Below, piece by piece: positions 1-8,955 of a stretch of DNA of 44,503 nucleotides. The stretch comes from Asterionella formosa (Eukaryota). Numbering within the stretch: the stretch's first letter is position 1; each line of letters begins with the position of its first letter. A model generated the notes under the pieces. The model saw only the letters and a program-made list of their open reading frames with translations, did no database searches and was not told where the DNA came from. Position numbers and translations under genes: made by a program. The DNA lies in contig NKIB01014352.1 of the NCBI GenBank assembly GCA_002256025.1, positions 1 through 44,503 on the forward strand. Reading direction: 5' to 3'.

Positions 1-185
1 AAAAATTATGTGGGTTTCTAAAATAATTATGGAAGTTGTCGAAACTATTTTAGTTCACTCCGTCCATATATATTGTATGATGCATCATATTTTTTTGTGA
101 TGTCATACCCTTAAATTATGTACGTAGCTAAATTCGTCATATTGGGCCACCCAAATAATTAATTTGGGTGATCATATTTGACTAG
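1..185 (+). mobile_element. Candidate 3' end of a Helitron-like element (runs off left edge)
   Basis: AT-rich tract ending in hairpin CACCCAAAT-aatta-ATTTGGGTG (148-170), an 11-nt spacer, then CTAG (182-185). An ORF resumes abruptly at 186. The next base is C rather than the canonical T. Confidence 0.4.
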
Positions 186-491
186 CGTTTTTTTGTGGCG
201 GCTGTACCAGTAATCGGCGTTGTAGATGCCGTTGTGGAGGATGTATTGGGCAAGCCATTGGAGACGATCAAGGCTGTCCTCATCAAAGACAGCACGGAAC
301 TTTGCACTGTTGGGTTTCTGGGCAGAGAAGTTGCAGCATTGCCTTCACAACGGAGCAAGTACATCGACAAGTTTGCGCAGGTGCTAGAACTGTATAATGA
401 CAATGAAAATTCTATGATGAGAAAGAAGAGCAAGAGGAATGCCGGAATGGCTTCATTTCGCTTGATGGAGGATATTCAAGGCCAGAAGTAG
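186..491 (+). pseudogene. 5'-truncated accessory ORF inside pogo-like transposon (HIRAN-like motif ETIKAV..CTVGFLGR)
   Basis: Open frame RFFVAAV...ETIKAVLIKDSTELCTVGFLGREVAA...FAQVLELY...RNAGMASFRLMEDI starts at the CTAG junction with no ATG and converges on the transposase. The HIRAN resemblance is by eye. Confidence 0.5.
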
Positions 492-795
492 ATTCGATTG
501 TAGCAGTCCTCAATAACGATGTAGAAATGCATTCTATACTATTTATTATAATATTGTAGAACAGTAAATAGACTCCAGAGTCATTTCCTTTAGCATTTAT
601 AGTGATTCAAGTCAACTGTAGTTCTACTAGCTTCAACACAAAAAAACCGAATTGTATATTACGACTTCAGCTGTTTAACATTAACGCTATGGAATGGCTT
701 CTACAAATCAATAATATAACAATAGAGCAAGCTTAAACAGACAATAAAGTTATATTTCTAGTCACATGCTACACTTTTTGAATAAAATAGAGTCA

Positions 796-2030
796 TCAAT
801 CGCTTGCAATGTAACCAACCGCATTCCAAGTGTTCAAAATTGTTGATTGTGACACCCTCAGCCCAGATGTCCAAACACACTGAGCGACATCCTGTCGCTT
901 CACTTTTGTACCATGAGGATGGGCGACCATCCAGTCCTCATACGCATTCCTAACAAAACTCTTAAAGGGCTTGTTTACTGCAACATCCAAAACTTGAAGT
1001 TTTGATGTGTAGCCACCACAAATGAAGTCCACAGCAGTGCCACAATCCTTAATTGCATTGAGGCTCCTCGCCATTAAATGCACCTGGAACTCATCCATCA
1101 GGAGGTCGCTTGGTTGAGAATCATGGCTGATTGTCCATGGTTTCCAGACTTCCGAAATCCAAAGCGCAAACACCAACTCATCGACCCACGCCTTTGCCTG
1201 ACAACAATAAACCATCTGTGGGGGATAAGCAAACTATTGATTGTTAAGTTCTCGCTGGATCCTGGCATCAGGTACTCCTTTGAAAACAACAAGAGGAGCA
1301 AGCTTCTCTCCAGACATGGTAACACCCAACAAGAGGAGCAAGCTTCTCTCCAGACATGGTAACACCCAACAACACTGTGCAACGCATGCTGCTGCCATTG
1401 GTGCGTAAACTGATGGTTTTCGCACCTTTATCAGCTACTAGCGTGAGCCCGCCTGCCATATCGAAATAAATGTTTGTCTCATCTATATTTAGGATACTAG
1501 CACGATGATATGACCCTTCAAGAAACTGTGCGTTTATGTAGCTACTGGAGATACTCCTGCATGACACTCAGTACATTGCGCGTGTTTTGTGCCTTGTGGG
1601 TGATACGAATATACACAATGTTTTGGGATGTGCACCAACGAGCTACATGCTGTTGAATAACGCTCAAGCTAACAACATGTCCTGACAAGCGCTTCAGCTC
1701 AGCAGCAAGCAACATGATCGAACAAGCGCGATCATCACCACGAAGCTGATCATATAAGAGACGAATCGCCGCAAATTCAGTTGCACTATTGCTACGCGAC
1801 TTAATGCCTAAATGAAAAGTTTGTTTTTTCAGTAGGAGACGCCCCTCATCCGACAATGAACCTTCTACATCAGAATAACGATTGTCGAAATCATGAAAGT
1901 TAGCTTTCCAGAGCCGAATATTGCTGGCACCGATGCCATACTTACGTGCAACAGCCTTGATGATGCCGGGGAGTTCCCATGCTTCATCCATGATGTCGCG
2001 CTTTTCTTGCAAGGTGAAGAACTTTCTCAT
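796..2030 (-). pseudogene. pogo-like (DDE_1, IS630-Tc1-mariner) transposase, frameshifted
   Basis: N-terminal HTH (FTLQEKRDIMDEA..VARKYGIGASNIRLWK), NIDETNIYFD, RCTVLLGVTMSGEKLAPLVVFKG, QAKAWVDE, LLMDEFQVH and GGYTSKLQVLDVAVNKPFK, split over several frames by a 4-bp insertion (1539-1544), a 40-bp duplication and further indels. Confidence 0.93.
1287..1372. repeat. Perfect 40-bp tandem duplication in transposase
   Basis: aagaggagcaagcttctctccagacatggtaacacccaac at 1291 and 1331; causes a frameshift. Confidence 0.95.
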
Positions 2031-2648
2031 TTTTCACTTTTCGGAAACAGTGATCATATTAATAAATATTAGAAAAATGCGCGCTATCCTGTAGAACTAA
2101 TAAAATTAACATAGGACTAGTATAAGGGAAATCTCTTCATTGTCCTGGAACCCCTTAAGTAAAATCAGTCAAATTGTCCAGGACAATGAAGTATATGGTA
2201 ATTATCAACCGTCTCTGGGATCTCCCCGGGACGGGCCCACACACTGTACTCAACACTTACACGTCCGGCGACACACTCTACAAGAAGCTTACCGTAGTCA
2301 CAGCCCTCGCCAACAGGCCCAAGAGTTGGGAGCGGCACACCTTCTTGGACACGACTCAGATGCCATAGGCTTCCATTCGATCCGGCGTCCCAAACTACAT
2401 GGTAATGCTCATCGGCCACCAGTGGAAGTCGGATGCATTTCTCACGTATGTGCGCAAACAAGTCAGTCGCCGAATTTACCAAGTCAGTGAGTCAAAAAAT
2501 GATAACCATCCCCACTTTTTTCCATCCACCCGAGAACCCCGAGGGACACCACAGTCATGCGTTCACTTCTAACTCGACTATGGCAGGACGGGAAGCACAC
2601 GCCATGGCTCGCCTCCCACAAGGGGACAAGCCATAAGATGACAATGGC

Positions 2649-2833
2649 CGGCTAAAGTGCAAACTCGACTGCATCTACGGGGAACCGGAGGGGGGAAATG
2701 AATCATACTACATAGAACCGAAATCAAAACACACAACTACGCGTCTAAAGATTAGCTAACTATCGAGAAGCAAGAGAAATATTTGCAGTAAAAGGCAGTC
2801 GAACAAGTCGTTAATTGAGTCGAAGTAACTTCG
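2649..2833 (+). repeat. Split direct repeat B1 (185 bp)
   Basis: cggctaaagtgcaaactcgactgca...gtcgaagtaacttcg, repeated at 3196-3380 and inverted at 9514-9700 and 8956-9139. Confidence 0.92.
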
Positions 2834-3195
2834 TTAGTATTATAGACGAGGGAAACAGGAGGATGTGCACAAAGCGCGCATTGAAACCAAGGGAACAACA
2901 AACAAACTAGGAGCAAGCAAAATTTTAGGTGGAGGCCGAGCTAGCAACCACGGGAGCTAATTCTGTCTAGCCAAAAAATGAAGATGAGGTTTGATGGCTA
3001 GTGAATGACAGTAAACCACGCAAGAGAAGGTCATGGAAGAGTCAATCAGCCAACGAACAATCATCATGTAAGGGTTTCAAGGCAGAAAGCTCACAATTCT
3101 TCAAATCAGCTTTCAGCAAAGCAACATCGTTGAATCCAAGCTGTGCAAACATTTATAGTCAATAGATAAAATTCACCCTCCCTACGTCCCACCTA

Positions 3196-3380
3196 CGGCT
3201 AAAGTGCAAACTCGACTGCAGCTACGGGGATCCGGAAGGGGGGAAATGAATCATACCACATAGAACCGAAATCAATATCCCCAACTGCGCGTCTAAAGAT
3301 TAACTATTGAGGAGAAGCGAGAGAAATATTTGCAGGAAAAGGCAGTTGGACAAGTCGGTAATTGAGTCGAAGTAACTTCG
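3196..3380 (+). repeat. Split direct repeat B2 (185 bp), element terminus
   Basis: Direct repeat of 2649-2833; similarity to copy 2 stops exactly after gtaacttcg. Confidence 0.92.
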
Positions 3381-3959
3381 TGTCTTCTATCATCATGAAC
3401 CAAGATTATGTACTACCAGTACACCGGTACAGCCCTCTGGTACCTGGTACCAGCATGCTGATTTTTATATATACTACCTTTGTGCGTGAAGTGACACTGA
3501 AACTACATACAGCAGCGTAGATTCAATATAACGTAAAAAAACGAACCATGAGCATACATGTTGGCATACTCCTGATTTATATAGTATGTGTTTTGGCATT
3601 GAGCAAGCAAAATCATCTCTACATCCAGCAATGTTGATAAAGTATGAATGTTTATATATCATTTTTGTTTGTTTAAAATGGAAGTCTATCAATCTGGCAC
3701 CGATTCCTATTTAATTCAAATATTCAAATGGACACTCGAATCATGGGAATTCATCGTAGGAAACTCCCTGTTCCACGCCGTTTTTACAACCCTAGTGATT
3801 TTTTCTCCAAACTAGGGTTAAGCTGGGGCCGCAACCTTAATTGCTGCTCTAATTCCGACAAATGAAGACGAAATTGCTTCAGCCTAAACATAACGAGGTT
3901 TTATTTTTTGCCCATGACTTTTTGCTTTCGCTCTAACCTTATCGTTTTTGCTCTATACC

Positions 3960-4345
3960 AAACTTTTTTGCTCATTGCTCATTCTTGCTCAGCGCATTTG
4001 CTCATCGCTAAAAAAATTTGCTCACTGTAAGTTGGTTCGGTTAAGCAGTTATTACCTTTTCGTAAATTACGGTTATAATTTGAATTTACTTAAGAAAAAG
4101 CCATTGGCTAGAAAGTCAGCCGACTCCATCGGTCCGTTGTGGTTTCGAAGCCCTGCAGGCGGGCTGAAACCAAAAAAGCGCGAAAAAGGCGCAATTACCG
4201 CACCATCCAAGCGTTGAGCATGTCTAATGGTGAAAGCTCCGTTGAGCGTTTTACATTTGCATCGTACATGTTTGATGACCCTGAATCAATATTATGTTTT
4301 TAACCCTACCTCGAGCTACGGGCTCAAATGCAGGAACCTTCAAAG
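3960..4345 (-). repeat. Dispersed repeat fragment (probable non-autonomous DNA transposon sequence) with TTGCTCA micro-repeats
   Basis: Reverse complement of ~4213-4341 aligns with 7788-7920 (aaggtt.ctgcatttga.cc..tagctcg.ggtagggtt...taatattga.tcag...ggagctttcacca). There are five ttgctca copies at 3968-4025. Confidence 0.65.
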
Positions 4346-4575
4346 TTGTAGAGATCATTACCGGAATACGAATACCAACTCGGAGCATGATTCCAGACTG
4401 AAAGAGGCCTAACCGGTAAATCAATGACTCAACTAAAATATAACACGTCCATGATGATTGAACAAACAACCATGCCCGTCATGCATGTATTAAAATGTTA
4501 AGAATTCGCTAACAATTTTTCTAGTCTATGCACGACCAAAGCAAACCTTAACCAAACTCAACTTACATAGAAACG

Positions 4576-5142
4576 ATGATGCTTCAAATCTCACAAACCC
4601 TCTTGTTTGCCCTCACCATTTTCTCCTTAGATGTCTTTCCGTCCCAAGCGACAGTGACCAATTCATGTGCCTATGAAACGATGGCATTACGTGGAAACGC
4701 AACCCTAATAGATCTTCGAGAGAAAATCTATGAAAGTGTTTATGCAGATTTTTATGCTGATACCAAGCGTTTCGTCAATGTCCTCGAAAGCAAGTATAAT
4801 CTTAACTTCACAGAAGCATGCAACGAAACAGGCGGAAGGATTCTCCTTGATGATTTAACATTTAATTGTTCCCACGGATCAAAAAAGTACACGATCTATG
4901 ATCTAAGGTACATCAGAGATGATGCTATTTGTGTCTCCAAGAATTGTACAGAAAGCGAAGAAGAGGAAATTCGAAACAATTTTTCTCAGTATCGCTATCC
5001 ATTCAATGTAACAACCACCGACGCAAATACTGCTGTGGTTTATAATTGTACCTTGACACCAAGCGGATCCAGTCACTATGATGCCTCCTTCGGATTGATC
5101 ATGCTCTTTTTCTCATCCCTTTTAGGCTTCTTGTTCTACTGA
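4576..5142 (+). CDS. Small secreted Cys-containing glycoprotein, probably GPI-anchored (188 aa)
   Basis: N-terminal hydrophobic signal peptide, spaced Cys, many N-X-S/T sequons, and a C-terminal small-residue site (PSGSS) followed by a hydrophobic tail with no cytosolic segment. Confidence 0.75.
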   Translation: MMLQISQTLLFALTIFSLDVFPSQATVTNSCAYETMALRGNATLIDLREKIYESVYADFYADTKRFVNVLESKYNLNFTEACNETGGRILLDDLTFNCSHGSKKYTIYDLRYIRDDAICVSKNCTESEEEEIRNNFSQYRYPFNVTTTDANTAVVYNCTLTPSGSSHYDASFGLIMLFFSSLLGFLFY

Positions 5143-6025
5143 ATAGTCATGCTGTTGATATCTGCGCAGATTCTTTTCATTCCAATATCAGTTCGGCACA
5201 TTCATGTTAGGGTAATTACAGCACACTAATTCGTCATAAGTAAGAGTTAATCCAAAGTCCCACTTTATGATCCATTTCCCTTGAAGCTATCTGATTTAGA
5301 TTCGTCGGCGGGTTTTGGACGGAAGTTTTCATTGATGTAGCCTAATCGAACCTTTGAACTTTGGTCGAAGCATGTTAGTCATGCCAATTCTAATTAATAA
5401 CGACTCTTTCGAGTCGAGATGATCAATGGTAGAATGCAGATCATAAATTAAATATGACAAGCGAAAACATTAGTGAGTGTCTTTCATTCCAGCTTCATTA
5501 TTTAGTTTTTACTACTGATTGAAATCATTCACAGTATCAATATCAACGTCACTGTATTTATGCTAAGGTTGTAGTTCCCTGTCGTGCAGACAGTTACACT
5601 GGCTTTGTCTGTATTGCTTACATGCTGTCATGGATAAGCACTTTTGTCAATAGTAATCAGTCATGAAAGCTGAACAAGCTTTCAATGCTGTTGACATGAA
5701 TAATTACATATACGACTCAACCTGGTTCCATTTGTAGTACCTTGGAACAAGCACACCTGACAACATATTTGGTGCGAAAGCCACCTCCAATCATTTCGAA
5801 TGGTTGCAAGATCTTTGGAAACTCTGCACCTTGTCCGGGAAGAGTTCCAATGAAAATTCGCTGACAGAAACACATGTTGTTTGCTGCTGCTATCTGGTAC
5901 TGCGATTCAAAACACACAATGGCTCGCCATCAGCAACAAGTCATGATCAGTTAATGGATAGGAAACCAAATTTCACACGGCCCTATTTTTCCGTTGGTCG
6001 ATCCAAAGGCTGTATCAGTATTGGT

Positions 6026-7465
6026 TCATTTTTCACTCCAATGAAAGAGCTGTACAAGTTGCAAGGCAGCATCGCTTCGTTGTAATGCTAATTCAATTTC
6101 TTTGTTAAATTCCCTTTCATGAAGTAGATCGTCTAGGAAGGAACGCAAGGTATTCGAATCCAGCGCTGTCTCATCATCAGAATCATGATCAGTAGTAGGA
6201 GCCAACTTCCCATAGGGTGACAATGCGGGAATTGATGCGTCATCAGGTATGCGTGAGTCATAATAATTCACATTGGAAAAGTCCATCGTCATGAATTTGT
6301 CTAATACCTCTTCCACTGTGGCAGGTTCCTCTAGCGCCTCTGGGACCACTTGCCAGTTGAGACTTTGACTCGGTGAATCGGATGACACGCTATCAGATGC
6401 GTGAATCTGTGATGACAATCGCTGACCTGCTTTTCGAGTCTCCTGAAGTCGGTGTGGCAATAATCTCACAAGACGAGCTGGGAGGACGTCTGAGAGGCTG
6501 AACACTGACTCTCCATCCACACTAATGGTGTCGAGTAAAAGCTTTTCAATCCTGGACTTGAAGTGAGCCTCAACGGAGCGTCGCCTAGCAAATGTTTCTA
6601 AGGGCCTTGCAAGATATTCCGCGTTTATTATTTTTGAAGTCGGAATTAGATCATCCCATGTGGCATCCACAATAGACTGGATCGGTCCACTTAACTGACT
6701 GACTGAATGGAGTTTATCACTTGAGGAAGACTCACAACCAGCTTCGACAATGTGTCGATTCAAAGTTGTCCTCCTGGGCAACGGAGCATCAGCAAAGGCA
6801 CAGTCATCCAGATTGAAAGTTGGATGTGGCATCTTGGATCGTCTGGGAGGATCGAAATCATACGACGACTTGGAAGCAAAATTCTTACTCTGTAATCTAG
6901 CACTTTCAATTCCCTGTCGAATAATTTTGGAGGAAAAGTCTTCCTCTATTGTTTCTTGTTCCAATCTCAGAACCTTTGTAAGGCAATTTCTACAACTGAT
7001 ATTCATAAAACGTGGACCACCTTCCTTGTTCTTAGTCCTATCAATTTCCTGCCTCGAATTATTCTTATTTGTAGTATTTTTTTGTGTGTAGGAGTAAATT
7101 CCTAGTTGTTGCTTGGCGTTTGTTAGTGGGACAGTTGGTTCGGGAGTAGAGACAGTGTCGTCTACGACCGTGTCATCGTCCTTGTGAGGTTTTTTTGCAT
7201 TGGAAGAAATCTCCCACGGATGATGTCGGCGAGTTGGAGTGACAAATTGATATTTGTTCTTGGTACCTTTCCCAAGTTCCGACTCCTCGCTTGGTAGAGT
7301 TGCCATCTTGGATTTCCACTGTGATGGCAACTCTTCAATGGAAGCTTCTTGTTGTGGGAGTGATTCGTTCAGTGTCGATTCTACAACAAGATCAACCTTG
7401 TCGCCATGATCACCGTGGCTCACTACTGTGTGTTGGGTATCACTGGAAAAGGCATCATCTTTCAT
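6026..7465 (-). CDS. Hypothetical protein, 479 aa, largely low-complexity/disordered
   Basis: Long ATG-initiated uninterrupted ORF; no recognised domain. Confidence 0.7.
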   Translation of the reverse strand: MKDDAFSSDTQHTVVSHGDHGDKVDLVVESTLNESLPQQEASIEELPSQWKSKMATLPSEESELGKGTKNKYQFVTPTRRHHPWEISSNAKKPHKDDDTVVDDTVSTPEPTVPLTNAKQQLGIYSYTQKNTTNKNNSRQEIDRTKNKEGGPRFMNISCRNCLTKVLRLEQETIEEDFSSKIIRQGIESARLQSKNFASKSSYDFDPPRRSKMPHPTFNLDDCAFADAPLPRRTTLNRHIVEAGCESSSSDKLHSVSQLSGPIQSIVDATWDDLIPTSKIINAEYLARPLETFARRRSVEAHFKSRIEKLLLDTISVDGESVFSLSDVLPARLVRLLPHRLQETRKAGQRLSSQIHASDSVSSDSPSQSLNWQVVPEALEEPATVEEVLDKFMTMDFSNVNYYDSRIPDDASIPALSPYGKLAPTTDHDSDDETALDSNTLRSFLDDLLHEREFNKEIELALQRSDAALQLVQLFHWSEK

Positions 7466-7644
7466 TTCTTTGGAAGGCTGTTAGATAGGCTCGTCGTGCG
7501 ATAACTTGATGGAGTCTGTGCTGGTGAGCTCGTTAAAAAGCCTTCAGCAACAAGCGACTTGCTCCTATCGCGACGTGTTTTTTATGTTGATACAGCCAAT
7601 AATATCAAATACCTCGCGGCAGCCATTACCGGTACAGGTACAAT

Positions 7645-7940
7645 TACATTTCAACCCTGGTTTAGAGGTAGGGTTAAAAATATAATATTGAGTCAGAGTA
7701 CTCAAACACAAACTTCTTACGAGTAAAACATAAATGTATATCGCTAAACGGAGCTTTCACCAACACACACACATTTTTCATATGCTTAAGGTTGCTGCAT
7801 TTGAACCCCTAGCTCGCGGTAGGGTTTATAAAATAATATTGAGTCAGACTAATCAAACACATACTCCCCACATCTAGATCAAATATGTATAACGCTCAAT
7901 GGAGCTTTCACCAATATACACCCTTTCCATATGCTTAGAT
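7645..7940 (+). repeat. Diverged tandem dimer, ~151-bp unit
   Basis: taatattgagtcaga at 7683 and 7834; ggagctttcacca and catatgctta present in both units. Related to 4213-4341 (inverted). Confidence 0.85.
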
Positions 7941-7985
7941 ACAGTCATTGACAAAAGTAGGGGCACAGGTCACCGCTATATATTG

Positions 7986-8140
7986 TCAGGATATAGGATC
8001 TGGCGAGAAACTGCAGAAAGGAACATCGGTTTTTTAACTATGCTATAAAGGCTGGAAATTTCGGGGGAAATCAATTTATTTGGCATATTAAAAAAACCGA
8101 AGTTCCTTTCTGCAGTTTCTCGCCAGAAGTTATATACTGA
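7986..8140. repeat. Long inverted repeat / MITE-like hairpin (~58-bp arms)
   Basis: tctggcgagaaactgcagaaaggaac (26 bp perfect) pairs with gttcctttctgcagtttctcgccaga; arms extend imperfectly both ways. No clear TSD. Confidence 0.85.
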
Positions 8141-8370
8141 TGCTATTTGAAGGTTACCTATGCATCTAAATCGGCTTCAAACCCAGCAAACATTGAGCTA
8201 TCATTGTCCAAAAATTCGACAAAATCAGCCTTTTCTACGGTCTCCGAATCATCGGAATCAGAACCACTTAGCGCCAAAACGTCATCATTGGAATGTTAGT
8301 CTTGTGATGCAATATTTAGTCGTAAAATTTCCAGTACCAAAAATTCCATTGTAAGTGCGAGCAGTATTAC

Positions 8371-8805
8371 TGCATATCTCCACGAAAAATGACAATCAAC
8401 TATTGCTATTTCGTAAATATATCAATCCTAACATAGACGAGGTAACCGTTCAATAATAAATGTTTTTGCACCAATATTGACGACAAAAATTAGAAATTGC
8501 TGCTAGAACTTGTTTTTGTCGTCGTTTGCTCAGTTTTAAAGATATGACCAAAGTAGCGACAGTTTTGAGTCCGCGATGCCTAGCATAATAACTCTCACTA
8601 CATAATGATTTCTATCTAACATACAAATAAATGAGAAAACTTGAGCAATAGAAATCTCGGAGACAGCGCAACATCTCAATTGCAAGAAAATATCTCAAGG
8701 CATAATTTTGTTCTGACTATCATGTACGTACTAATACTCGTACCGTAGCTACCAGGTAGTGTTTCTATGGAATCTTGAGTAGGTCATTTTGAAGTTAAAT
8801 ATAGA
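8371..8805 (+). repeat. ~430-bp dispersed repeat, copy A
   Basis: Colinear with 11102-11524 (aacatagacgag, cgttcaataataaa, ttgctcagtttt.aagatatgaccaaa, atgagaaaacttgagc, tttctatggaatcttga). Confidence 0.85.
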
Positions 8806-8955
8806 TGCAAATGCAGACATCTATGCTTACACTGCATGTCCCTTATGCGACTAGAACAATCAGGACAACCTGCATACCAGTACTGGTACCAGTATTTCTA
8901 TTGCCAGCATTCTTTTTGATGTACATATGCCCAGTAGCTGAGTGCCATTATGTTT

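Larger units (their letters stand above)
186..2198 (-). mobile_element. pogo-like DNA transposon copy 1 (5' TIR at 2176-2198, TA at 2199-2200; other end outside window)
   Basis: GTCCAGGACAATGAAGTATATGG|TA matches the TIR of the element at 12714-14366. 1990-2198 aligns (reverse complement) to 12714-12955, with a 25-bp deletion in copy 1. Confidence 0.85.
2199..3380 (+). mobile_element. 3' part of tyrosine-recombinase retrotransposon (Ngaro/PAT-like, split direct repeats), copy 1
   Basis: Degenerate YR C-terminus (IINRLWDLPGTGP..., HSIR.., W.SDAFLTYVRKQ..EFTKSVSQKMI) to 2636, then B1 (2649-2833), A-like spacer (2834-3195) and B2 (3196-3380). Highly similar to 8956-10185 in reverse complement. 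Confidence 0.85.
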
